In this document: piece after piece, positions 1-11,305 of the stretch
Position numbering within the stretch: the first letter of the stretch is position 1
Layout: the number at the start of each line of letters is the position of its first letter
DNA from: Elsinoe ampelina
Lineage: Eukaryota
DNA length: 64,000 nt
Assembly (NCBI GenBank): GCA_010093995.1
Contig: ML992507.1
Coordinates: 927,868-991,867, forward strand
Direction of reading: 5' to 3'
Made by a program: the position numbers and the translations under genes
The notes under the pieces: model-generated
What the model was told of the DNA's origin: nothing
Database searches by the model: none
The model's input: the letters and a program-made list of their open reading frames with translations, nothing else

Positions 1-93
1 CGTAGGAAGGAAGAATAGTTACGAAGATGACACGTAAAAAAAAATGAGGTGTGCGCGACTTGTGGGCGTGCGCGACTCGTGGGCGCGCGACGT
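1..93 (-). mobile_element. 5' terminus (TIR plus subterminal region) of a Fot1/pogo-like transposon, copy A1; continues off the left edge
   Basis: Identical to 809-901. Ends ...GCGCGCGACGT followed by TA (94-95), and abuts internal transposase sequence of copy A2. Confidence 0.85.
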
Positions 94-95
94 TA

Positions 96-901
96 TATAT
101 AACGAGGGGGGGTAGCGCGTCTCCTGAGGCTCGAATACACTCTAGAATTGATATCCACTCCTGTCGGCCGACGACGCGTTTTCTAGCTTTCTTTCGATGA
201 CGGCTAGGATCCGAACTAACTACTACCTGCGTCGATTGAGTTGAACCGACGCTAGCGCCTACCTCGTCGAGGTTATAGACGTCTGAAGGAGGGTAGTTGT
301 ATTTTTCAAACAAGTCGGATAACGCATTAAAGAACGGCGCAATAGCCTCGTAAGTTCCAGCTTTAAACCGTAAGGACTCTAGTTGACGGGATTGACGCGT
401 CTTGATCTCCGGATGACGTTTATATAGTCGCCGTAACCACGTCTTTCCAATAGGGTGTAATAGAGCAAAGGGAAGTTCGTTGTCCAATATACGTGCTCGG
501 TGTTGAATTATCTCGATAACAAGCTCACGGATAAAGCAAGGCGTTGCAGGTGTTCCAAGGCTATCGAGCTAAAGGATATAGCCTACAAGCGTTTGTTCTT
601 CGGCCGGAGATAGTAACTGCTTTAGTAGATTACGTGTAGTACGTGATTGTCGGCTGTAAAGCCTATCTCGAAGCGTAGACGGCGGAATCTGAAACGCGTC
701 AGCAGCTTGTCGAATCGAGTTGTAAGTATTGTTCCGATAGCCTCGGAGAGCAGCTTCGATATCTGCTTCAGAATACATATAAAACAGCTCGAAAAATGAT
801 GTTTGTCACGTAGGAAGGAAGAATAGTTACGAAGATGACACGTAAAAAAAAATGAGGTGTGCGCGACTTGTGGGCGTGCGCGACTCGTGGGCGCGCGACG
901 T
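96..901 (-). mobile_element. 5' half of a Fot1/pogo-like transposon, copy A2, with a RIP-inactivated transposase interrupted at TA 94-95 by copy A1
   Basis: Terminus ACGT|TA at 898-903. TIR has the internal repeat CCCACRAGTCGCGCAC. ORF 778->569 (MYSEADIEAAL...SIRQAADAFQIPPSTLRDRL) resembles a psq/CENP-B HTH; downstream YNLDEVG motif with in-frame stops. Confidence 0.9.
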
Positions 902-1436
902 TACCGGGCACGATCCACAGCTGTCGTGACAGTCATGGCTATCACCATCATGTTCGCTCGCAATGACCACAGTCCAACTCGATTCAGAGCATCGATGCAG
1001 CGTCTGCTGTCATGCTCTAGGTCGTTCACATTGGAAAGTGCATTCATTTGCGGATCGGTCTAGAAAGCATGTGTGGAAAAGGCTATGCACAACTCCTGCA
1101 TGATCTCATTCAACTTGCAAGGCGGAACTATTTGACACGATCGTCATCTTGGCCAGCAGCGTTCAGCCGACGGTAGGTTTCAAGATGGCACGAATGGACT
1201 GCAGGAACTTGGGACCGCTTATAACATTAACTTAGGAACAAGGCGAAGTCAACCTCGTGCATGTGTTAAGAGGAGGCATAACGTTATGAATCCAGATGTA
1301 TTGCATGCAGGGAGGGGCCATGTCCTGACGACAGTAGTAAACGAACGTGAGGTGTGAGGTGCGCAACACACTCGGTGGAGGGAGGAAAGGAGGCAGCAAT
1401 GAGAAGCAAATGAAGCGCGCAGACGGGTGATTGACA

Positions 1437-1459
1437 TAAGTTAACTTAAGTTAACGTTA
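1437..1459. repeat. Stack of putative transposon excision footprints, TA-AGT-TA-ACT-TA-AGT-TA-ACGT-TA
   Basis: TAAGTTAACTTAAGTTAACGTTA parses entirely into TA plus remnants of the ACGT termini. Related motifs at 1228-1234, 1279-1286, 1631-1642, 5376-5382 and 5485-5496. Confidence 0.6.
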
Positions 1460-3038
1460 GGGTGGAAAAAAAAAACGATGGTTAGAAAACGAGATCGTAG
1501 CCACATCAGAGAGCACTGCATCCGGTTCCGAGCATGGACATTCATGTTTAGAAATTAACCTACGAGCTAAGGTGATCATGATAGACAGCTCGTAAAGACA
1601 GATCACGAATATTATCATCCTTGCGATCGGTAAGTTAACTTAACGTCATCCACCGGGAGTTCGCGCACCCCTGAAGTTCGCGCACGTAATTCAGCATCAA
1701 CGAGGTAACTTCTTCAATTGCTCTACCAAATTAAGCTAATTCGTCACTAGAATCAGACTCCATAGGCTCTGGCTCTTCTTCTTCCTCTTCCTCGGGTGTA
1801 TCTTCCGGCGTAAGCGATTTCTTACGCTTTTTTCGCTTCTTCTTCTTTATTGCTTCTTTAGCTTTACGAAGGATATCGATCGTTTCTTGCTCACTAAAGA
1901 CGAAACGGCCTTCGATAGCAACGCGCTTACCACTTTTCTTACGCTTACGCGTCTCGAGAAGCTGTCGCTGTTGTTTAATTTCGCACCGTAACAACGTAAG
2001 AGCTATAGTTGTCGATTCTAAGCGTAACGTCATTCTCGAGATATATCGCTTAACTAGCAATTCGATGTCTATGACAGCTATACGCGCGTTGAGATTACGG
2101 TTGACCAGATGCAATAGTGCGCCGGATTGTGGCTCTAACCGCAAGACGTTTTTGTTAGATAGGACCTGTTCTGCCGGAGTAACTAATCAATTACGTAATT
2201 CGTGTAGCAAATTGGCAAGTACCGTAATAGGGCTTATCGGATAGATACCGGAGTGTTCGAAGCTAGATTTGATGTTCCTTGCGGTTAAAGTACACTCTTG
2301 TACACGCGCGTAAGATTCGGCCCACTATACACGGTGTATTTAGCCAGAGTCGAGACATTAGAGATTATCGATCTCTATTGTAAGAGCTGTCTTTAACGGC
2401 GAAAAACAAGATACATCGAGGAGCTAAAGGATATACAACGCGTAACTTAAGGTAGAAAGACAACAAGGTCAATATCGTGCTTGAAACAGAAGAAGGTAAA
2501 TACGGCTATAACGTGCAAGCTATGGCTGTCTAAAATAAGGAGGCGTCGACGGCCGTTAATGTTACGTGTTTTAGGCTTAGTTAAAGATAGTCGTAAGCTA
2601 CTCGTAACTATATATGTCGCTTGTCCAGCCTTTATTCGACGTTAAGAAACGCCATCCGGCCGGCTACGGATCTGGAATCTACCGCGTTGTAAGGTATTTA
2701 GCCTTATAGATGACAAGGGGGGGGTAGAGCGTCTCCGGAGGCTCGTACATACTCGAGGATTAATATCTACTCTTGTCGGCCAACAACGCGTTTTCTAGCC
2801 TTCTTTCGACGATGGTTGTTTTCCATACTAACTACTACCCGTGTCGATTAAGTTAAACCGACACTAGCGCCTACCTCGTCGAGGTTATAGACGTCAGAAG
2901 GTAGATAGTTATGTTGTTCGAATAGGTCGGATAACACGTCGAAGAACGGCGTAATAGCCTCGTACGTTCCAGCTTTAAAGCGTGACGACTCTAGCTGGCG
3001 CGTATAAAGGCTTTGAAGCTGCGGATGACGTTGACGTA

Positions 3039-4900
3039 ACGTCATTCCCCTACGATCCGGTCACCCCCACAATCCGGCTACAGCCCTATAAATTTCACGC
3101 GTTATCTTCGTGACTATTCTTCCTTCTTACGTGACAAACATCACAATTTGAATTATTCTATCATGTATACTGAAGCTGACGTTCAGGCCGCTATCTATAG
3201 CTATTAACACGACAAATACGACTCAATTCGAAAGGCTGCCGACGTGTTTAAAATCCCGTACTCTACGCTTCAAGGTCGATTACAAGGATAACAATCGCGT
3301 GTCGAGAACAATATATCGAGCCAATTGCTTACTCCGGCCGAAGAAGACACACTTATAGCCTATAGCGTTCAGCTCGATAGCCTCGGAACACCTGCAACTC
3401 CCGCGTTATTCCATCAATTAGCAATTGAGATAATCCGTCACCGGGCACGAGTATCCGACAACAACCTTCCTACATCTTTAGAGCGGCCTATTGGAAAGAA
3501 CTAGCTATCACAACTACGTAAACGTCATCCGCAGCTTCAAAGTCTCTACACACGCCAGCTAGAGTCGTCACGGCTTAAAGCTAGAACATACGAGGCTGTT
3601 GCGCCGTTCTTTGACGCGTTATCTAGCCTATTCGAACAACACAACTATCCACCAACTGACGTCTATAACCTCGACAAGGTAGGTTATACAGTTAGAACAA
3701 CGCAGTTGACACGTGTACTAGTTAGTACTAAAAACAACCACCGCCGAAAGAAGGCTAGAAAACGCGTTGTTGGCCGACAAGAGTAGATATTAATCCTCGA
3801 GTGTGTATAAGCCTCCGGAGACGCCCTCCCCCCCCTCGTTATCTATAAGGCTAAATACCTTACAACGCGGTGGATTCCGGACCCGTGGCCGGCTAGATAG
3901 CGATTCTTAACATCGAATAAAGGCTGGACAAGTGACGCGCATAGATTTGAGTAGTTATCGACGGTGTTTAAGCCTGAAACACGTGATGTCGACGGCCGTT
4001 GACGCCTCCTTATTCTAGACGGCTACAGCTCGCACGTTATAGCCGCATTTGCCTTCTTCTGTTTCGAGCATAATATCGACCTTGTTGTGTTTCCGCCTTA
4101 CGCATCGCACATCCTCTAACTGCTCGACGTAGCCTGTTTTTCACCGTTAAAAACAGCCCTTACGAAAGAGATCGATAATCTGTTTCGCCTCGATCCAGGC
4201 TAAGTATACTATGTATAGTGGGCCGAATTCTACGCGCGTGCACGAGAGTGTACTCTAACCGCAAGGAACATTAAATCTGGCTTCGAATACTCTAGTATCT
4301 ATCCGATAAGCCCTATTATAGTGCTTGCTAATTTGCTACACAAATCACGTGATTAATTAGTTACTCCGGCAGAACAGGTCCTATCTAACGAAAATGTCTT
4401 ATAGTTAGAGCTACCTTCTAGCGCACTATTATATACAGTCAACCGTAATCTGAACGCGCGTATAGCCGTCGCAAACATCGAATTGCCAGTTAAGCAATAT
4501 ATCTCGAGAATGACGTCACGTTTAGAATTGACAACTATAGCTCTTACGTTATTACGGCGCGAAATTAAACAATAGCGATAGCTTCTCGAGACGCGTAAGT
4601 GTAAGAAAAGTGGTAAGTACGTCGCTGTCGAAGGCCGTTTCGTCTTTAGTAAGCTAGAGACAATCGATATCCTTTGTAAGGCCGAAGTAGCCTTAAAGAA
4701 GAAGAAGGGCAAAAAGCGTAAAAAATCGCTTACACCGTTAACTTCACCGGAGGAGTCTAAAGAGGAACAGCCATTGTCTATACTGTCGAATTCTGAGGAC
4801 GAACTAGCCTGATTTCATAGAGCAATTAATCAATTTACCTCGTTGATGCCTTTTTATATGACTGGATCGTGGGAGTGACCGGATCGTGGGGGAATGACGT
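3039..4900 (+). mobile_element. Full-length Fot1/pogo-like transposon C (1862 bp), nested in element B in the opposite orientation
   Basis: Imperfect ~40-bp TIRs starting ACGTCATTCCCC at 3039 and ending GGGGAATGACGT at 4900, with transition-only mismatches; TA TSD at 3037-3038 and 4901-4902. Confidence 0.95.
3163..4812 (+). pseudogene. DDE transposase of element C (span of ~550 codons), RIP-inactivated
   Basis: ATGTATACTGAAGCT start at 3163, TGA at 4810-4812. Pogo motifs LILDGYSSH and LLDVACFSPLK. W/Q codons converted to TAG/TAA. Confidence 0.9.
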
Positions 4901-5550
4901 TAGTTATAATAGCTAGTTCTTACTAATAGGCCGCGTTAACGACGTAGGAAGGTTATTGTCGGATAGACGTGCTCGGTAACGAATAATCTTAATTACTAAT
5001 TGATGGATCAACGTAGGTGTCGCAGGTGTCCCGAGGTTATCGAGCTGTGTTACGTAGGCTATAAGCGTCTGTTCTTCAGCCGGAGTAAGTAATTGGCCTT
5101 ATACGTGCGAGTCGGTATAGGATTGTCGTCCTTATAATCGATTTCGAAGCGTAGAGGCCGGAATATTAAACGCGTTAGCAGCCTTTCGAATTAAGTCGTA
5201 TTCGTCGTGTCGATAGGCGTAGATAGCCGCCTAAAGATCAGCTTCAGTATACATAAAGAAACAGCTTAAAAAATGATGTTTGTCACGTAAGAAGGAAGGA
5301 TAGTCACGAAGATTACGCGTTTATATAGGGCCGTGCGCGAACTTCAGGGGTGCGCGAACTCCCGGTGGATGACGTTAAGTTAAAGGAAGCACGAGAGGGG
5401 AAAGACGACATTCGGAAGCGGCAGAAGAATGGACAGAAGAAATAGATTCAGATCAACCCGACTTCAGCTGGCATCGAAAGATCATAACTTAAGTTAAGAC
5501 ATCGGACTGATGCAAGAGACGATAGTTATCCGGACCTGCTCGACCGCAGC

Positions 5551-6279
5551 CTAGCCACCGCCTGACAGGGTGTACACAAGTCCAGCCACTGCATAGAAAG
5601 CCACATTGCCAACGGTGTAGGCATCCTTAACACCAAGCCGCCTGTCATCCCTGAAGCGGATATACATGATCATCAAAACCACGATAGCCGCGAGCTCCTC
5701 TTCCCGAGACACGTCGCCCAGCCAATGAAAGGTGTCGGCCTCCTTCCCGGGTCTGCTGAACGAGCACACTTCAGGACCATGGCCATCAGGTCCGATAGGG
5801 TTGATATCCTTCAAGATCCAGTCGCCTTTGAATTTGTGCTTGGGGTCGCCAAAGTGCCACTTGAGATGTCGGCCGCCGTACTCCGGCGGCAACTTGAATG
5901 AGCAGGTCCCAAAGTTCTGAGCCTTCTCGAGCTCTGAAGCCCACTTGAAGCCTTCGACTCTATGGTCTGCGTAGCAAAAGCGTTCTTGAACGGGTCCTAT
6001 GGTCATCTTGCTGCTTATGATGATGGGGTCCGTCTTGGCTGGACCGTCATGGAGGAAGAGACTTGGTCGGACGTTCACAGTCTTGAAATCCAGAAGCATG
6101 TTCTTGCCGTCATCGTATTCCAAAGTGGTATGAGACGAGAACTTCTTGATGTGTAGGTCCAATGGCTTGTATCGGATTGGCTGGTAGCTTGGTGGTGGTG
6201 CGACGTCCTCGCTGCCGTAAGGTGGTAGGACGGTCGAGGCGATCGATTTGGTGTCGTCGAGTGGTGTTTCGTTGTTCAT
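5551..6279 (-). CDS. Hypothetical protein (242 aa) with N-terminal PPPSY motif and hydrophobic C-terminal segments
   Basis: Uninterrupted ORF with coding-like codon usage; no family recognised. Confidence 0.7.
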   Translation of the reverse strand: MNNETPLDDTKSIASTVLPPYGSEDVAPPPSYQPIRYKPLDLHIKKFSSHTTLEYDDGKNMLLDFKTVNVRPSLFLHDGPAKTDPIIISSKMTIGPVQERFCYADHRVEGFKWASELEKAQNFGTCSFKLPPEYGGRHLKWHFGDPKHKFKGDWILKDINPIGPDGHGPEVCSFSRPGKEADTFHWLGDVSREEELAAIVVLMIMYIRFRDDRRLGVKDAYTVGNVAFYAVAGLVYTLSGGG

Positions 6280-8232
6280 GGTGAAATGTCTTGGAGATGA
6301 AATGATGATGGGACAATTGGTCGACTTACATGTTCCTTATATGCCGTGTTGTATTTCGATGCCTGAATACTTACCTACATCGTGTTTTGTTCTATCTAAT
6401 AAGAGACATGCATGTGAAGTTGAGAGGCGCAGATCGAGACGTCCTGATGATCTCAGGGCTGAGCGGGCTATTTTCGGTCTCCCCCACCGGTTGTCGGCAG
6501 ACGATCGGCACAGGGATCTAAGCGAGCCAACGAGAGCGACATTTTCCCAGGGCAGTGCGCAGGCAAGAGCTTTCCGACCTCTCACCACATCTGTCGTATA
6601 TCAGGCCGGCAGCGTCGCTGCTACAGCTTTCGTTTGCGCCTGACTCCACTAGATGGCATGGCCTTGTCGCCACCAAGTAAAGATGTCGATCTCGTTTCGA
6701 CCACGCAAGAGCGGCCAATTGGCGCATATTTCCATAACTCTACAGAGCACCTGACTTGTTTATGGGAGTCCCAGGACTGGGAGCTACCGCCTTGAGGAAT
6801 TCGCAATCAGACCATTACATTTGGTCTCACCGGTCGTCGCCACCGACGCCACGAAATCTGGTCAGCACTCCACATTTGCGAAATAATACTGCTGCTATTG
6901 GCGAGCCGACGGACGTTATCCATGCCTAGCCACGACCATGACTTGGACATTCTCCTCTCGCCACCGCTTTTGAGGTACAATGATGACAGCCACGCCCCGC
7001 GAAGGCGGCGAGCATTATGCCGAGCTGGACATGTCGTGCTGTAAAACGATCCCACGGCCTGTCAGTTGCAAGTGTACCATCCTAGCACAGATTATGGTGC
7101 CTGAGATTTGAGCAGGTCTCGCGGGCCTCGGTTGCTCGTTGGGTTTGACGACAATTTGTACGAGGCTCGTCGACTGTTCCCTGCTCCCCGCTTCTGGATG
7201 TACACCGACAGGTAGTGGGAAGCCTGGCAGCATGCCTGTTCTGTAGAGATCAACAACCTCTCGACTCTTCGCCGAATGCAGGCCATCGTTTTTGTAGAAG
7301 TCGTGGCATTCTTGCTCTGGACAGTGGAGACAGCTGACAGTATGATCCAGATGTCTGATAGACCGCGATGTCATGGTTACGCACCGGAAGAGACCACTCT
7401 GCAATTGCTTGACTTGACCATTACCCCACTGATGGCCTCAATGGAACGTGAGCCATCATCTTCTTCCCATGTCAAAAGAATGCTCTCTGGTTCGGCTCAG
7501 TCTGTGGCGGTGGAGATATTGCCAAGACGCCAAGGCGACGGCGCCGAATCTTGACCGATGCTTCCTGGATTCTTCTCGCGGCTTGTCGCGTCGATCGTTG
7601 TTTCGCATCATCCCCGCTGCTGAAACTCGGGGTGCCAACAAGCCTGCACGATGCCGTGGACCACAATGTGCCGAGGTCGACAATTGCTTGAGATGCAAGA
7701 TAGATTACAGGACCAATAGAGAGACGGCCATTGTAATATCACATCTGACCGACATATTTCAGGATGCAGGCGGGATCACGTTGACAGGCCGCAACAACCT
7801 CCAAGAACACGTCGTACCTGGCATACCTCGGCGCCTCGGCCAGACTCCTTCTTTTCACCACTACATCCCCGCGGTTTCGAATACTGCAGAGGTCCGGACT
7901 GCATCTGTTAGCTGCACTCCTGCGTGGCATGTTGCATTCATCACTGGTTCCCGCAAGCCTTCCTCCAATTACGGATCTGGTCCAATGATAGATCGGTCAT
8001 TATGCACCTCCATGGTACTCACATGATACAACCTGACCGAGTAGATTGCTTCGTGGGTCGACACATCAACGGGCATGCATTCCACACGTCTCAAGGGTGC
8101 TATACACAATCGTGGACCGGATCCAGACCGAGGCTTCGGACTTGACACTGTCAACGGTAGGTATAAGACAGCCCATCTGCCAGTGAGTTCAACTCTCCAT
8201 CACCCTCATCTTGGTACAGCGAAACCTTCATC

Positions 8233-9190
8233 ATGCGTGTCTCATCTTTCCTCTATGCTGCCATTGCAGTGACACCCGCACTCTCTCTTCCTCAATTCGC
8301 TGAGCTGCTCCCACGCCAGTCCACCGGCGGCTCCATTGAAGGATGGCAGGCACCTGGCCCAAGTGATGGTCAGTCATCACTCTTACAATGTCGATAGCAT
8401 GCTGACTTAAGCAAGCACGCGGACCTTGCCCCGGCATGAACACCCTTGCCAACCACGGATACCTCCCCCGAAATGGCCGACTCATCACTCTCGCCCGCCT
8501 CACCGCCGCCATGAAGGAAGGCTACAACATCAACAGCGGTGACGCCCGTCTGCTCTTTTCACAAGCCGTCCGCACCAACCCAGCCTACCCGCGTTCGCGA
8601 GACACATTCGACCTCGACACACTCGGCCGCGAGGGTGTGTTGGAGCACGACATCTCGCTCTCCCGCTCAGACCGCTTCTTCGCCAATCCACTTCCCTTCA
8701 ACGCTACAGTCTGGGCAGAGACCTTCTCCTACTTCAAGACAGACATGATTACGGTTGAACAGCTTGCCGAGGCCCGCCAGGCCCGTCTGAAGACCAGCAT
8801 CAGGACCAACCCGAATCACGAGCTGACTTCACTTGGTGACGGCTTCTCATGGGGAGAGTGTGCTTCTTTCTTTGAGATCATGGCTGATGGCACCACTGGG
8901 ACTGTTGATAAGAAGTATATTGATTACTGGTTCCGTAAGTCTCTCCACTTTGATGAATTACTGGACAGCTCTGACTGACCCTCCCAGGGAACGAGCGTCT
9001 CCCCACCGCTATCGGGTGGAAGCGCCGCACGACCGAGATGCAGGGCTCTGAGCGCACTCGCTACACCCGTTTGCTCCAGGAAGCCGGTGCCAAGTACGCT
9101 CCACAGACATCTGGCGATAGCACACGCCCAGAAGGCTCTCTCGGTGGCTTGTTCAGCAGGTCAGACGAAGGGTTCAGGTTCACTCACTAG
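8233..9190 (+). CDS. Secreted heme-thiolate peroxidase / short-type unspecific peroxygenase (chloroperoxidase family), 3 exons
   Basis: Signal peptide MRVSSFLYAAIAVTPALS; RGPCPGMNTLANHG (PCP heme ligand) and EHDISLSRSD motifs; introns ~8369-8415 and ~8935-8987; TATAA at 8162. Confidence 0.9.
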
Positions 9191-9332
9191 ATACTGGCCT
9201 GCAGGCAGGAAGTGTACATAGCCCAGCAGATCTCCTTGACTAACTTCTTCATACGCTACTTTGGCGCAGCATCAATCCATTCTCATCACCTCCTATCCTC
9301 CCTATCCATCGTTCACCCACCCACCCCACCCC

Positions 9333-10661
9333 TCAAGCCGGCCCAACCCCATCAAAGAAAACCTCATCCAACAAACTCAACATCCTCCTCTGCCCCACCC
9401 ACTGCTCCTGCGCCGCCGGCCTAATCTGCCCAGGCGGCAACACGAACCCAAAACTCCCCGTATCCCTCAACTCAATGGTATAACTCCAATCCGCCTCCCC
9501 GACGGCGTAAACATAATCCCTACTCCCCCCTGTCGTCGGGTACAAGACGGGACACGCGGGGCCGTACGTGAACGTCACGCCGTTCACGCCTCTGATCGCC
9601 GTGGAGGTCAACGCCGCCATGTTCGTCAACTCGCCCGCCTCTTCGGGGATGACGGTGCAGTTGTACCCGTACGGAAACATGATGTATTGCCCGTACGAGT
9701 GCCAGTCGATGAAGAGTTTGATGCCGACTGTGTCGCGGAGGTTGTTGACGAAAGCGACGAGGCCTTGCGATTCGGGTCCGTCGGAGGGGGTCTCGCCGCG
9801 GTACGTCTGGTCGCAGGGTTCCGGGGAGGCGCCGGCGGGGTTGCCGTCCCATTGGAAGGGCCATTGGCGGTTGATGTCGCGGCCGAAGCAGGTCGAGTTT
9901 TGGCCGCCGGGCTGGCGGTTTTTGCGCCAGAGGCGTTCGGTGGTTTGGGTGTAGACGAAGCCTGGAAGGGGGGATTAGTGGGGGATGGCGAGGGAGGGAG
10001 CGGGGAGCGTACCGTCGGGGTTCACGAAGGGGAGGATGTAGAAGTCGTAGCGGTTGAGGAGGGTGCGGACGAGAGTGTCGTTGGATTTGTAGCCGTTGAT
10101 GAGTTGGAGGGTGAGGTATTCCACGACCATGTTTGAAATCCATTCGCGGGCGTGGACGGTGCCGTGCCAGAGGACGGCGGGCTTGCCGGGACCGCTGTCG
10201 CCCCAGAGGTGGAGGCCGAAGATGTCGCGGCCTTCGTAGGAGGTGCCGGAGGAGATCTTCTCGGAGTTGGGGAAGGATGCCTGGAGGTCGTCCCAGTAGG
10301 CTTGATGATCGGCGTAAGGGTGGTAGCTGTCGAACCAAGATAGGTCGTCTACCTGGCGCTTGTAGACGTTCTTCACCTCAGATTCGGCGGTGATGGAATC
10401 TCCGAGGTTCTCATGCATACACTCATAGTCGAGTCCGAGCTTCTTGAACTTGGATAGCTCTGCAGGAGACACGGCAATGTCGAGATGCTCGGCTTCTTCA
10501 GCCCAGTCGTCGAAGGAGATGGCAGAAAGCTTGTCGTGGAGCTTCTCCAAGTCATCTTGTGCCTTGACACGCAGGACCTGCCATCCGTCGTAGGAGAGCT
10601 TACTGGCTGCTGCGCCGGAAGCGAGCGCCGTGATCAGTAGACCAGCGCCAAAGAACTTCAT
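9333..10661 (-). CDS. Secreted zinc metallocarboxypeptidase, M14A (carboxypeptidase A-like), 2 exons
   Basis: Signal peptide, propeptide ending KR, HAREWIS, NPDG, DWHSYGQ and TIELRD motifs; intron ~9962-10010. Confidence 0.93.
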
Positions 10662-11305
10662 TGTGAGATGCAGAAAAAGAACTTACTCTGAGTTGAGAAG
10701 CACGAGAACTTGACCTACATTCCCTCTTTGCCCCTCTTTGTGACTTCACTGTAGGCATTAGGAAGATCTATGCGATTTGTACTGCAACTGGCAGGTCTGC
10801 TGTGGGTGACCTTCCCAATCGACACTGGCAGGCCATGGCATTTCTTGCGTCGGGCCACGTTTACCCGCAGATAACGATTGATTGATGATAGTGGGCGCGA
10901 GAGCACCATAATCTGCAAGTCACGGTGGAAGAAGGTAGAGGGAGCATGAGAAGCAAGATGAAGAGCGACAGATGTTTGAAAGGGATGTGGAAGGACATCA
11001 AGGTAGGAGTCGTTTCATGGCGTGATCTGCATGCCGAGGCTCCGAAGTCTCTGGCACGTGACTAGCAGACCAGACCTCCTTTGTCTTCTGCACATGGACT
11101 AATACCGGCCGTCCAATAGCTGTGGTAGTGTGTATGTCAAGCCTCAAGATCATATGCGACCAACACGGGCATATGATCTGTTCTAAGAACCGACACCACA
11201 TGAATCCTTCCTTTCCCCCAAACATGACCTTCCCAGAAGCATAATCGACTTCGCTTTCGAATACATTCGCCATATCCCTTAGACGAGCAACCTTCATACT
11301 GCCCC

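Larger units (their letters stand above)
1731..5254 (-). pseudogene. DDE transposase of element B, RIP-mutated and split by element C
   Basis: ATG at 5254, TAA at 1731. Fragments include DVYNLDEVG and a basic/acidic C-terminus (KRKKSGKRVAIEGRFVFS). Many TAG/TAA stops. The sequence resumes colinearly across 3038/4903. Confidence 0.9.
1643..5375 (-). mobile_element. Full-length Fot1/pogo-like transposon B (~1.87 kb without its insert), carrying nested element C
   Basis: Perfect 44-bp TIRs ACGTCATCCACCGGGAGTTCGCGCACCCCTGAAGTTCGCGCACG at 1643-1686 and 5332-5375; TA TSD at 1641-1642 and 5376-5377. Confidence 0.95.

Noticed and set aside
6300..8200. Several 60-190-aa ORFs, including 7448-8026
   Set aside because: Overlapping on both strands with no motifs or codon bias; treated as intergenic/promoter DNA.
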